Position numbers and translations under genes: made by a program. 64,000 bases of DNA from an uncultured Candidatus Saccharibacteria bacterium (GTDB taxonomy: Bacteria; Patescibacteriota; WWE3; UBA101185; UBA10185). How positions within the stretch are numbered: the first letter of the stretch is position 1; every line of letters starts with the position of its first letter. The DNA lies in the NCBI GenBank assembly GCA_964510435.1, contig CAZEBU010000001.1:52627-116626 (forward strand), given 5' to 3'. Under the pieces are notes generated by a model, which was not told the DNA's origin, searched no databases, and saw nothing but the letters and a program-made list of their open reading frames with translations. Positions 18,845 through 28,354 of the stretch are shown here, piece after piece.

Positions 18845-19749
18845 TAGGACATTGTCTCATGAGGTGCCGATTTCACAAAATTAGAAAACGGGCTTTTTAG
18901 TTTCTGAGACAATAGCACAAACCCACCGTAAATACCTGAATTATCACCTAAAACAGCGTTTACAATTTTTGGCAGAGTAAAAAAATTCTGCTTGTTTAGC
19001 TCATCAAATAGGGGTTCGCGGAAATATTCTTCGAACTTATTAGATATGCTACCTCCCAAAACAATGACCTCCGGAGCCCACATAGAAATAACGTTAATAA
19101 TTCCTAGAGATAGTTTTTTGGCGTAATCATGCCAAATACCATTGTCTTTACACTCAGCGGGAGACACCTGATAGATATCGTAAAAGGCAGTTCCTGAAAC
19201 ATAGGCCGCCAAACAACCGTTCTGCCGGCATGTTTCAAAATACCTACCCTCTTCCACGATGATCATGTGTCCGGGTTCATTGTGCCTTTGGAAAGGATCT
19301 ATCTTTTTACCGGCGATCCTCACCCCTCCCACACCTGTGCTAATAGTTAAAAACACTACCACTTCGTCATCTTTCCCTGCTCCCAGTACTGCTTCACCTA
19401 GTCCAGCTAAGGCGGCATCATTCTCGACTAAGATTATGTCGGAAGGGTATTTATCATCCAGCAATTGGGCGTAAGACAAATTACTTAGTGAGGGAATATT
19501 TACTATGTAATTTAACCTTCTGTTCTTTGTATCTACAAATCCGGGGACACCCACACAAATCCCTTTTACTTCCTCGTTGGTTCTCACCTCATCAATACCG
19601 GAAATAATTAATTTCTTTTGCTCTTTTAAGTCGTGGCTGCTACTAAATTTTACTTCCTGAAAAATATCCCGCAAATCACGAGAGGACGCTATTCTGGTAT
19701 TCGTACCACCAATATCTATGGATATATACATCTTGATATTATTATACAC
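18844..19749 (-). CDS. ROK-family sugar kinase (glucokinase-like)
   Basis: SIDIGGTNTRIA at the N-terminus and the ROK central motif ISTGVGGVRIAGK. Confidence 0.65.
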   Translation of the reverse strand: MYNNIKMYISIDIGGTNTRIASSRDLRDIFQEVKFSSSHDLKEQKKLIISGIDEVRTNEEVKGICVGVPGFVDTKNRRLNYIVNIPSLSNLSYAQLLDDKYPSDIILVENDAALAGLGEAVLGAGKDDEVVVFLTISTGVGGVRIAGKKIDPFQRHNEPGHMIIVEEGRYFETCRQNGCLAAYVSGTAFYDIYQVSPAECKDNGIWHDYAKKLSLGIINVISMWAPEVIVLGGSISNKFEEYFREPLFDELNKQNFFTLPKIVNAVLGDNSGIYGGFVLLSQKLKSPFSNFVKSAPHETMS

Positions 19750-19779
19750 ACGGGTAAATTTATAATATACTTACCTCAT

Positions 19780-20289
19780 ATGAGACCTAGAATCGCTGCC
19801 TTAATACTCGTTCTTTTGCTGGCCTCATTTGGCTTGGTTGCTTTTGCTCAAGAAAATACTGAGGATGTTGATGATGCTTTAGATTGTGATGCCTTGGAGG
19901 AATTAGTTGATAAAAAAGTCGCAGGGTATTTGGCCAGGGAAACCGAACACACGCTAACATATCAAATTCTTTGGCTAAAAGTTGCTGCTTTGGCACGAAA
20001 AGCGGACGTCTACGGTTTGGATACTGCTGACCTTTATGATGATTTAGACGAATTAGATGAGTTAACCGATGAGTTCACAAAAAACTTTGCAACCTTTACC
20101 AAATCACTGAACAACACAAAGAAATATATTTGCTCAACCAATGAAACCAAATATGCCAACTCCCTAAAACAAACTAAAGAGGATCTTGGGGACTTAAGAA
20201 AAACAACTAAGGATATCGCACAGCTTTACAATGAAGATATAAGAAAGGATATTCTAGATCTTAAGGAGGGCACAGATGAACAAGAATGA
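19780..20289 (+). CDS. secreted acidic hypothetical protein
   Basis: Signal peptide MRPRIAALILVLLLASFGLVAFA. The start was chosen at the internal ATG at 19780 because the longer ORF overlaps the ROK gene. Confidence 0.4.
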   Translation: MRPRIAALILVLLLASFGLVAFAQENTEDVDDALDCDALEELVDKKVAGYLARETEHTLTYQILWLKVAALARKADVYGLDTADLYDDLDELDELTDEFTKNFATFTKSLNNTKKYICSTNETKYANSLKQTKEDLGDLRKTTKDIAQLYNEDIRKDILDLKEGTDEQE

Positions 20290-20665
20290 TCTCCCGGAAA
20301 ATGAAATAAGGCAGGATAGACCACCTCAGCCTCAATCTCAGCCCCAACCTCAACAGGAAGCCCGGAAACTGCCGACTCAACACTTACATGACACAAAAAC
20401 CGCCTTTCTTATGATAATTACTCTTGTCCTGGGGCTTCTGGCCATTATCAGCCTATTTTTCGCCCTTCGTATGAGAAATCAACCATTCACTGGAATGCCG
20501 GAAACAGAAACGTCACAAAAACTTACACAAGAAGAGACAGAAAAATTCATGGAACCGGAAAAAGTGGAGGGGGAATTAAATATTGACGCTGTAATTTTTG
20601 AACTGGACAAACTAAACCTGGAAAATATTGAAGACTCCTACTCTTTTGGTCTCCTGGAAAACTAA
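20276..20665 (+). CDS. hypothetical single-TM protein with a Pro/Gln-rich N-terminus
   Basis: ORF with one TM helix. Confidence 0.3.
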   Translation: MNKNDLPENEIRQDRPPQPQSQPQPQQEARKLPTQHLHDTKTAFLMIITLVLGLLAIISLFFALRMRNQPFTGMPETETSQKLTQEETEKFMEPEKVEGELNIDAVIFELDKLNLENIEDSYSFGLLEN

Positions 20666-20684
20666 CCCGGTAGACTTACATTAG

Positions 20685-21473
20685 CTACTGCTTAGTCTTT
20701 TCACCGCCGAATGACCTATCCCTTTCAGCATAAGCTATAATAGCTTTCTTAAACTCTTCCTCGCTCATTTCAGGTAAGAGAAGTTTTGTTGAATAATACT
20801 CAGAGTACACGCTTTGCCAAGGCATAAAACCGCTTAATCTATGCTCACCGGCTGTTCTTATGATGAGGTCAGGATAGGGATGGGGCTGGCCTTTAGTGTC
20901 TAAATATTCGATAAATGCCTGATAGGGATATTTATCTTGGTACATACCGGTAACTTTCTTAAGATCTTCAAATTCAATTTTGCCGGCCTGAATATCATCA
21001 AAGGCGGATTTCATGGCTCTAAATAACTCGTCATGCCCGCTGTAGGCAAAGGCAATATTAGCAATGTGCTTAGTATTGTTTTTTGTTATCTCCTCCCACT
21101 TGCTCATCAATTTGGCAACGTCTCTAGGAAGAAGATCCTTATTACCTAAGTGGATAAGTCTTGCTCCATCTTGGTGAGCCTCTTCAGCTGTGGTGCCCAA
21201 AACGTATTTTAATAACCTAAATAAATTTGCCAGCTCAGCAGGTTTTCGTCTTTGCAAATTTTCAGTGGAAGTCCCCCACACTGTGCCGGTGTGAATTCCC
21301 CATTTTCTTATCATGCGGGCAAAATTGATCAGTATCTCTACTCCTGCGTTATGACCATCAGCAGCTTTTAATCCTTGCTTTTTTGCCCAAGTTCTGTTGC
21401 CATTGGGGATGATAGCTATGTGCTTAGGTAAAGCTTCTTTTGGCAATGAATTAAATTTTTCGTCAATGTTCAT
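20685..21473 (-). CDS. uppS: undecaprenyl-diphosphate synthase (cis-prenyltransferase)
   Basis: HIAIIPNGNRTWA and the conserved C-terminal RxG motifs. Confidence 0.8.
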   Translation of the reverse strand: MNIDEKFNSLPKEALPKHIAIIPNGNRTWAKKQGLKAADGHNAGVEILINFARMIRKWGIHTGTVWGTSTENLQRRKPAELANLFRLLKYVLGTTAEEAHQDGARLIHLGNKDLLPRDVAKLMSKWEEITKNNTKHIANIAFAYSGHDELFRAMKSAFDDIQAGKIEFEDLKKVTGMYQDKYPYQAFIEYLDTKGQPHPYPDLIIRTAGEHRLSGFMPWQSVYSEYYSTKLLLPEMSEEEFKKAIIAYAERDRSFGGEKTKQ

Positions 21474-22573
21474 TATTTCTCTCTGGAAATCACAAACTCT
21501 GATATTAAGTTTAGCAACTCTTGATATTCCTTGTCTTTTGTAATCTCCGGTATAAATTTGTTACCTTCTATAACTAATTTTTCACTCAGATCTTGCGAAT
21601 ACTGTAACGCTCCTGTTTTTACCACAATTTCCTTCACTTTTTCAAGATCTTCCTTCTTAGCATTGGGGTTTCCATGTACCGACTTTAGAAATTCCAGTTC
21701 TTCTTGATCAGCATTTTCGAAAGCTTTGGCAAACAGCAACGTAACCTTTCCCTGTCTTAAGTCAGAGTAAATTGGCTTGCCCATCCTTTCTTCACTGGAA
21801 AACAAGCCCATTTCATCATCCTTAAGTTGGAAGGCTACCCCCACAGGCAGCCCATAGCCCTCTGTAGCCTTGTATCTTGGGTCAGCTTCATCTACTCCGG
21901 CTAGTATTGCTCCAAATTGCAATGGGCCTGTCACAGTATAATAGGCCGTTTTATATTTATGCACTTGCAAAACTTCCTCTTCAAGTATGCCTTCTTTTTC
22001 TTCAAAGCTAACATCCAGTCCCTGCCCATAAATTGTGTTGATAAACACTTCGCTCATCCTTTTAATTAGTTTCATTTTTCTCTCTGAGGGAAAGTTGGTT
22101 TTTTCCACAAGTAGATTTGCAAAAAACACTCCTAGATCCCCCGTGTTAACAGCCATAGAAAGAGCGTAGTGTTTCCTATTTTTTCCTAGCGGATAACTCT
22201 TGTCGTGAAGGTCCTCGTATTGCACATGCACCGTCGGTTCACCTCTTCTAAGATCGTCTTTGTCCATAATATCGTCATGTACTAAGGCAAAACCATGAAT
22301 TGCTTCCACAAACAAAGAGGCGTACGAAATATCGTAGTCCTTCTCCCCTGCAAACATTTCATATGACTTCTTCGTTAAATATCCTCTCAACCTCTTGCCG
22401 CCTAGGAAATTCTCATATCTTTCTACCATATCTAAAGCAATGGGAGAGATCTTTCTGGCATATTCTTTTTGCTCCAAGAAAAATTCCTTAAAATAGGGGG
22501 TGACTTCATCTACATAACCGTTTAATAGCGCTTTTATCTTTTGGTTAATTGTGCCACTTTCTTCTTTAGGCAT
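21473..22573 (-). CDS. trans-polyprenyl diphosphate synthase (FPP/GGPP synthase family)
   Basis: FARM motif LVHDDIMD and SARM motif FQLKDDEMG. Confidence 0.8.
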   Translation of the reverse strand: MPKEESGTINQKIKALLNGYVDEVTPYFKEFFLEQKEYARKISPIALDMVERYENFLGGKRLRGYLTKKSYEMFAGEKDYDISYASLFVEAIHGFALVHDDIMDKDDLRRGEPTVHVQYEDLHDKSYPLGKNRKHYALSMAVNTGDLGVFFANLLVEKTNFPSERKMKLIKRMSEVFINTIYGQGLDVSFEEKEGILEEEVLQVHKYKTAYYTVTGPLQFGAILAGVDEADPRYKATEGYGLPVGVAFQLKDDEMGLFSSEERMGKPIYSDLRQGKVTLLFAKAFENADQEELEFLKSVHGNPNAKKEDLEKVKEIVVKTGALQYSQDLSEKLVIEGNKFIPEITKDKEYQELLNLISEFVISREK

Positions 22574-22584
22574 AAGATAATTTA

Positions 22585-22710
22585 CTAGGAGATACGTTTA
22601 CTCTTTTTTCGCTCTCTTCTGCGAATGCGGTTCGCTTGCGCATGCTTTTTCTTCTTAGTATGCTTTCCGGTTACGGATTTTATATGCTTGTATTTTTTAC
22701 TTTTGGCCAT
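22585..22710 (-). CDS. small, very basic 41-aa ORF (MAKSKKYKHIKSVTGKHTKKKKHAQANRIRRRERKKSKRIS), possibly a ribosomal-protein-like peptide; absent from the ORF track because it is under 60 aa
   Basis: It fills the 170-bp gap upstream of the polyprenyl synthase on the same strand. Lys/Arg make up more than 50% of the residues. Confidence 0.25.
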   Translation of the reverse strand: MAKSKKYKHIKSVTGKHTKKKKHAQANRIRRRERKKSKRIS

Positions 22711-22742
22711 AAATCATCTTTATAAATAATTTGTACTTCTAT

Positions 22743-23120
22743 TTAACCATTAACTAACTGTACTGAAAACTTTATTTTCTTGGTATTTCCTTTCTTATCG
22801 ACAATTTCTAATTTCCCGGTCTCCCTGTAGTAGTCAATAAGCTCCCTGGCAAGAATTTCCTTGTTTTCTTTTAGATCCAATCGTAGCTCTTTTAGATGCT
22901 CTTCGTACTCACGTATAACCGGGCGGGTGGACATCTTCATTTTGTGAATCTTCAATTCCTCTCTAGCTTTTTTGTTTTCTTCCTGCATGCTTAAATAGTT
23001 ATCATCCTCTTCTAGATTCTCATCATATTCTGCTTTCACTTTTTTAATGTCTTCTTTTATATCGACAATTATTCTTAATCTGTTTGTTATTTTTTCTGTA
23101 GACATAAGTGCAGAAAACAT
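22743..23120 (-). CDS. hypothetical charged, coiled-coil protein
   Basis: ORF only. Confidence 0.3.
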   Translation of the reverse strand: MFSALMSTEKITNRLRIIVDIKEDIKKVKAEYDENLEEDDNYLSMQEENKKAREELKIHKMKMSTRPVIREYEEHLKELRLDLKENKEILARELIDYYRETGKLEIVDKKGNTKKIKFSVQLVNG

Positions 23121-23151
23121 TTTACCACAGCTGATTTTGTGTGATAAATCA

Positions 23152-23964
23152 TTAATTCAAATAATTTCCTTCAAGTTCGTCTTTTGTAAAAAGTTCATTG
23201 AGATTTTTACAGTCTTTTTTGTGATAATTTCCGTTCTTTTTTCTAACAATCGATCCGGCAAACCCTAGAGTATTAAGGCTTTGGCAAATATCTCTTGCTA
23301 GAGATCTAATATAAATGCCCTTGGTTGTTATTACCTCAAATTCAGCAAATAACAAATATTTTGGGATGTTTTCATCTTTAAGAAATTCCTCCCAACCTTG
23401 ACGTATCCGTTTTTGACGAAAATCTCCCCTAACTCGGTTTATTTTTTCCAGTTGCTCACCAATAATTTTATGCGTTTTTTCTTGGCGGAAACTTTTTAAT
23501 TTTAAGTTTATTATTTCTCCTTCTTTTTGAGGAAGAGCAATGTCCTCTCCTCTCCTGGCATATTGGTGTAAGTGCTTTCCTCTGACTTTTTTAGTGGAAA
23601 ATTTTGGTATGGTTTGCTTGTATTTTCCTATTAATTCTCTTGCTGTTTTATCTAATTCACTGCTTTTTATTTCCAAAAAGTTTGTTCCTTCTATTAAACC
23701 CAAGCCATCCAAAGAATCAGTGGAAACTCCAAAGACTATGGTAAAACTATAACCTTTTAACCACTCGGCATACTCTTTCTTCTTTAATCTTTCCTCACCC
23801 TTCAGGACAATGATCACTCCTTCCGCCATGGGATCCAAAGTTCCTGTATGAGAGGTTTTTACATTATTTTTCTCAGCTATTCTCTGGCTAATCAGATGAG
23901 TCGAATATCCAATCGGCTGCCAGATAGGTATGATAGATTCTAAATTAGGTTTTTTTGATTCCAT
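23152..23964 (-). CDS. truB: tRNA pseudouridine(55) synthase
   Basis: HTGTLDPMAEGVIIV with the catalytic Asp, and a YARRGE motif. Confidence 0.8.
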   Translation of the reverse strand: MESKKPNLESIIPIWQPIGYSTHLISQRIAEKNNVKTSHTGTLDPMAEGVIIVLKGEERLKKKEYAEWLKGYSFTIVFGVSTDSLDGLGLIEGTNFLEIKSSELDKTARELIGKYKQTIPKFSTKKVRGKHLHQYARRGEDIALPQKEGEIINLKLKSFRQEKTHKIIGEQLEKINRVRGDFRQKRIRQGWEEFLKDENIPKYLLFAEFEVITTKGIYIRSLARDICQSLNTLGFAGSIVRKKNGNYHKKDCKNLNELFTKDELEGNYLN

Positions 23965-23989
23965 AACGGCTTTATCTTATCATTAGGAC

Positions 23990-24625
23990 GTGAAGGTTGT
24001 TAAAGGCAACAAAGAATTCGACATATCAGAGGAGCAGTATAAAAAGCTAATCAACAACTATAAAAATATTATTCTCGATATAGGAACGGGGGACGGAAGG
24101 TTCATCTATAAAAATGCTTTAGAAAATATAGAAGAATTTTATATCGGATTAGATCCTAGTGCAAAACAACTGAAAAACTACTCCAAGAAAGCAGTAAGAA
24201 AAAAATTGCCTAACGCTTTATTCGTCATAGGTTCCTCCCATAACATTCCAAAAGAGTTAGAAAACACTATAAATACCCTCTACGTAATTCTGCCCTGGGG
24301 AACCTTATTACAAAACCTGGTATTACCATCACGAGAATTCATAAACAGCTTAAGTAAATTATTAATAGCAAATGGGAAAACAATGTTTATCTTAAGTTAT
24401 TCCCTGGAATTTGAACCGTCAGAGACTAATAGGTTAAGTTTACCGGAACTTTCAGAAGAACATTTAAAAACACATCTAATGAGTACCATGGAGAAAGAGA
24501 GGTTTAAAAACATAAAAATTATCGGCATGGAAAAGGGTAGCTTAAAATCTTTAGAGAGTACTTGGGGCAAAAAGCTCGCTTACGGTAATATTCGAAAAAT
24601 ATTCAAAATTACCGCAGAAAGGTAG
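23990..24625 (+). CDS. class I SAM-dependent methyltransferase
   Basis: Motif I ILDIGTGDGRF. Confidence 0.5.
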   Translation: MKVVKGNKEFDISEEQYKKLINNYKNIILDIGTGDGRFIYKNALENIEEFYIGLDPSAKQLKNYSKKAVRKKLPNALFVIGSSHNIPKELENTINTLYVILPWGTLLQNLVLPSREFINSLSKLLIANGKTMFILSYSLEFEPSETNRLSLPELSEEHLKTHLMSTMEKERFKNIKIIGMEKGSLKSLESTWGKKLAYGNIRKIFKITAER

Positions 24626-24641
24626 ACAGAAAAAGAAACGC

Positions 24642-25208
24642 CTATTTCTTTGCCTTTACCACTACGCTCTTACCCAACTTATCGTGCCAACACTGTTTTT
24701 TATCATCCCAAAGCATCCATAAATATCCAACCATAAATACGGCCATAGAAATAAATTTCCCAACTACCTCTCTCAAAACCGCACCGGCAGCATCCAGATT
24801 TTCTCCTGTGTCTACATCCTGAACCCGTATCCCTACGGACATTTTTCCAAGTGTCGCACCAAACTTCATCACCATTATAACCGGATAGATCCAAGCAACT
24901 AAGCCGGAAAGAGACCCTACCAAATTACTATCACCAAATAAAACACCTGTTGCGGCAATAAAAGATCCCATTATAACTGTGTCTATAATGGCGGCTAGTG
25001 CTCTTTTGAAAAATGAGGCATATTCAATACCTGCGTTAACTATTATCTCGGGTCCGGCAGGTGTTTGTGAAGTTGGAGGAAGTGGAGGTAACTGAGGCTC
25101 TGCAGGAATATCCGGTTTAGGTTGAGGTTCAGGTTGTTGTGGCTGCGATTGCCCTTCGGATTTCTCATTCAACTGTTCGTCCAACTTTTCATCACCTCCT
25201 AAAAACAA
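24642..25208 (-). CDS. RDD-family membrane protein with a Pro-rich N-terminus
   Basis: RALAAIID...W..LWD...WHDKLGKSVVV. Confidence 0.55.
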   Translation of the reverse strand: MFLGGDEKLDEQLNEKSEGQSQPQQPEPQPKPDIPAEPQLPPLPPTSQTPAGPEIIVNAGIEYASFFKRALAAIIDTVIMGSFIAATGVLFGDSNLVGSLSGLVAWIYPVIMVMKFGATLGKMSVGIRVQDVDTGENLDAAGAVLREVVGKFISMAVFMVGYLWMLWDDKKQCWHDKLGKSVVVKAKK

Positions 25209-25261
25209 ATTATCTACAACAATTTTATTTTAACACTAGTTATCTTGTATCATTAGAGTAT

Positions 25262-26329
25262 ATGTATTCAACGCTGGAAAACATTAGAACATCACTAAAA
25301 CTGGCTTGGAAACATAAAACTCTCTGGATTTTTGCCCTACTAATAGCCGCGGGTGGAGGCATGAATTTCGGCGGATTTGATGGTTTTGGTAAAAAACAGT
25401 ATCAGGAGGAAGATTACCTTCAAGAACCCTATTATTCCGGCACAAAAAAGCTTTCGTACACCTTTTCACCGGGCATTGAGGAAATGCCGAGAATTTCAGG
25501 AGCTAGCGTTTTGGGAGCAGAAGCTCGCCCTCAGGACTTCTTTTTGGAAAAACTTGGGGAAGTAGACCTTGTTTACAGAGGCATTGCCGTGGGTATAGGC
25601 TTCTTGATCTTTTTGATCTACGCGGTATTTGTGGGATTTTTATTGAGAGGATGGTCAAGAGGCGCTTTTTTGGCGGGTACTTTCAAAGGCATCAAAAACC
25701 ACGACTTTAACCTGAAGGGCTTAGGAAAAATCGCCTTAACCAATATGTATAGATTTGTTAAGCTCGATCTCCTTTTGACAGGTGTCATCTTAGCTTCGTT
25801 ATTAATTATCGGCATAGTTTACTTCCTAAATTCGCAAATTTCGGACAACGCAGTTCTAATATCTGTCTTATTGTCTATCTTCATGATGATTCTGCTATCT
25901 CTTTTCGTACTATCACTTACTTACTCGTACAGGAGAGTTCTGACTAAAAAGGAATCGTCGCTGGAAACTCTGGTTTTTGGATTTAGAACTTTTAAAAACA
26001 ACATCGGCAAGACTATTAAACTTGTCTTGGGTAATTTTTTAGTGGCTTCCGTTTTATCCATTGGACTTATCATGATAATGGGAGTACTTGCCGGCATACT
26101 TTTTTTGACAGGTACGTTACTTTTCAGAGATGATTCTATTACCCCATTACTAATTGCCATAGGAATCTTATCCGGACCACTTCTTATTACACTTGTGATT
26201 CTCATACAAGCGTTTGCAGGTTACGTTAATACTTTTAAGGAGTTTGCCTGGTCCGGTTTATACATGTACATCGAAGGCATTGACGAAAATACGGTCTCAA
26301 ATTTAATTGGAGAGCGGCAGAATGAATGA
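25262..26329 (+). CDS. polytopic membrane protein, hypothetical
   Basis: Six or more TM helices. The start was taken at ATG 25262. Confidence 0.35.
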   Translation: MYSTLENIRTSLKLAWKHKTLWIFALLIAAGGGMNFGGFDGFGKKQYQEEDYLQEPYYSGTKKLSYTFSPGIEEMPRISGASVLGAEARPQDFFLEKLGEVDLVYRGIAVGIGFLIFLIYAVFVGFLLRGWSRGAFLAGTFKGIKNHDFNLKGLGKIALTNMYRFVKLDLLLTGVILASLLIIGIVYFLNSQISDNAVLISVLLSIFMMILLSLFVLSLTYSYRRVLTKKESSLETLVFGFRTFKNNIGKTIKLVLGNFLVASVLSIGLIMIMGVLAGILFLTGTLLFRDDSITPLLIAIGILSGPLLITLVILIQAFAGYVNTFKEFAWSGLYMYIEGIDENTVSNLIGERQNE

Positions 26330-26864
26330 GTTAAATGTTAAAAATGCGGGATATGCCATTAGATTTCTAGCCATGCTGGAGGAATTATTTCTTAGCGGTA
26401 TCACTTATTTTGGCTTGATGTATCTCATCTTGCTGGGAATCAATGAAAATAATTTAACTACCAAAACCGCTGACGTTGTAGTTTATATTTTGCTGTTTAT
26501 CTTTCTCTCAGCACCAATTTGCGCTCTATATAACGCCTTTTTTATCTCGAAATTCGGAGGAACTTTGGGAAAACTAGCTTTCCGTCTAAAAATAAAGGAC
26601 GAAAACACCAACGATTATCTGTCGTTTAAAAAAGCTTTTTATAGAACAGTTTTGGGTTATATATTTTCCACGAAATTTTTTGGGCTGGGATTTTTACAAA
26701 TTGTAAGAAGACAAAATAGAAGAGCTTGGCACGATGACTTGTTTGAAACAAAAGTGGTCAGCGAAAAAAACTCCTGGCTGGGTTATCTTATTCTCCTGCT
26801 ATCCTTTACGGTCATGGGTGCGCTTATCTACCTTAACGTTGTTACTATTCTCCCGCTTTTCTGA
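26307..26864 (+). CDS. RDD-family membrane protein
   Basis: RRAWHDDLFETKVV and TM helices. Confidence 0.5.
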   Translation: MESGRMNELNVKNAGYAIRFLAMLEELFLSGITYFGLMYLILLGINENNLTTKTADVVVYILLFIFLSAPICALYNAFFISKFGGTLGKLAFRLKIKDENTNDYLSFKKAFYRTVLGYIFSTKFFGLGFLQIVRRQNRRAWHDDLFETKVVSEKNSWLGYLILLLSFTVMGALIYLNVVTILPLF

Positions 26865-26915
26865 AGCTAAAGAATTTTTTGATTTTAAGCAATTAGTATA
26901 AAATATGTATATGTT

Positions 26916-26980
26916 TCGGGGTGTTTAACTCGCTTCGCTCGTTAGCGATCGTCGCTGACGCTCCGATCTAGTGCACAGTA
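26916..26980 (+). promoter_or_regulatory. conserved ~65-nt 5' leader/upstream element of tRNA-Pro; a paralogous copy lies at 50105-50170
   Basis: About 88% identity between the two copies, which is higher than between the two tRNAs themselves. Both copies begin with TCGGGGTGT, the same bases that start the tRNA. Confidence 0.5.
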
Positions 26981-27000
26981 CATATCTTTATATTATCGTC

Positions 27001-27077
27001 GGGGTGTGGCGCAGTTGGCTAGCGCGCACGCATGGGGTGCGTGAGGTCGCGGGTTCGAGTCCCGCCACCCCGACCAT
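27001..27077 (+). tRNA. tRNA-Pro (anticodon GGG), CCA encoded
   Basis: Hand-folded cloverleaf: acceptor CGGGGTG/CACCCCG; D-stem GCGC/GCGC; anticodon stem CACGC/GCGTG with loop AUGGGGU; T-arm GCGGG-TTCGAGT-CCCGC. Confidence 0.85.
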
Positions 27078-27200
27078 TTAAAAAACCAGTCCTCAAATAC
27101 TTTATTATTCGGTGTTATACCAACTAATACTCCTGGTTCGATAGTTTCCAGTTTTGCATTAACCATTTCGCTATTTCCTTTAAATGCTATGAACGGTTTT
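27078..27200. repeat. conserved tRNA-Pro 3' flank (pseudo-ORF remnant on the minus strand); a paralogous copy lies at 50265-50390
   Basis: The minus-strand translations are ...NAKLETIEPGVLVGITPNNKVFEDW and ...NAKLKSVKPFELVTIGKNIGAFKY. Neither copy has an intact ORF. Confidence 0.45.
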
Positions 27201-27374
27201 TGCAGGTCAATATCAAGTATTCCGCCTTTTATAGTAAAGTTCGAGCCTAAACTTCTTAATATCAACGTTTTATCCTCGGCTGTTACTAGTTAATATATAG
27301 CACCTATAGTAATTATTGACATCGTAAGCTGCTTAGGTTATCATTCAGACATAGACAGAGAGCGTGGGTTCGCC

Positions 27375-28184
27375 CTAGTTGGCGCTTGTACCCAAAGCAC
27401 TGTCTATTTTCTTTTCTATATTTCCTTTAAACTCTGTAATTTCAAAACTACGTCCATAACCCAACCTATAGCTACCAGTTTCTGCCATTTGCTTAACGCC
27501 CAGCTTTTTCTGAACGTGAGCCATCAACCTATATTTTGCACTTTTCCTACCACCCCTGATAGAAATTAGCCCATATTTCAGTTTAAAGGCGTAGGCAACA
27601 CATCCAATAAGCACATCGACCAATTGAATTTCGCTCACAGCGTGTGATTCGACACGACAAATACCGTATAATGCGTTTCTTCTTGTACTCGCTCTTATTT
27701 TTCGCTTAGTATCTTTTTCGAACGTGTCTGCTTTTGGAGTACTTACATCATCAGCCAACACAACCATATATTCTCCAGCACCTAGGGAACTGGCAATCAA
27801 CTTACCAGCAAACGCGTTATAGGCTTTGTTGTGGTTGCTTTTGAAATATTTTTTTATGTCTAAACCCTGCTTATCGAAAAAAAGGCTATTGAATTTAAGG
27901 TGTGGAGTACTGAAAAATATATCTACCAAACCTTTGTAAAGCGTTAAATTGTCGTCACGGACATTACTAAATTTAAATTCTCCACGAAAATCAGTTTTAT
28001 CCTTGTAACTAACTATTTTCTTATGAAGAGCGGAAGGTTTATGTACATACAATAGTCCCAAACCGAATACCCTATCTTCTTTTGGGGAATGAAGAAGACC
28101 AACTTCATCTAAAAACCCAAAATAGTTGATTTTTTGCTTTGGTCCAGGTTTTGCTGCCATAGTAGGTTCTACTTCGTTTCGCAA
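27375..28184 (-). CDS. DUF3800-family protein
   Basis: The N-terminus has YFGFLDEVG (cf. the DESG motif) and the C-terminus has SEIQLVDVLIGCVAYAF (cf. QLADLIAYA). Confidence 0.45.
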   Translation of the reverse strand: MRNEVEPTMAAKPGPKQKINYFGFLDEVGLLHSPKEDRVFGLGLLYVHKPSALHKKIVSYKDKTDFRGEFKFSNVRDDNLTLYKGLVDIFFSTPHLKFNSLFFDKQGLDIKKYFKSNHNKAYNAFAGKLIASSLGAGEYMVVLADDVSTPKADTFEKDTKRKIRASTRRNALYGICRVESHAVSEIQLVDVLIGCVAYAFKLKYGLISIRGGRKSAKYRLMAHVQKKLGVKQMAETGSYRLGYGRSFEITEFKGNIEKKIDSALGTSAN

Positions 28185-28273
28185 TTATTACAACACAATT
28201 GTACGCAATAATTGTATGTTAATCAAGTGCATCTATTGTTATTTATCAATTTGTAAGGCGAACACACAAAAGA

Positions 28274-28305
28274 GTTACAAACATAGTCTAATATGGTAGA
28301 CCAGG
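28274..28305 (+). repeat. junction repeat, copy 1 (divergent)
   Basis: GTTACAAACATAGTCTAATATGGTAGACCAGG. Confidence 0.4.
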
Positions 28306-28354
28306 CTTTTTGACTGCTCTTACAACAAATTTTATCATCGTGTATAATGAGTCC

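Noticed and set aside
19633-19779. N-terminal extension of the 19633 ORF overlapping the ROK kinase
   Set aside because: The internal ATG at 19780 gives a classic signal peptide, and the extension is antisense to ROK coding sequence.
26993-27265. 90-aa minus-strand ORF overlapping the tRNA-Pro(GGG) gene
   Set aside because: It covers the tRNA and its conserved flank, and the homologous flank at the second tRNA has stop codons. It was treated as a pseudo-ORF or relic and recorded as a repeat instead.
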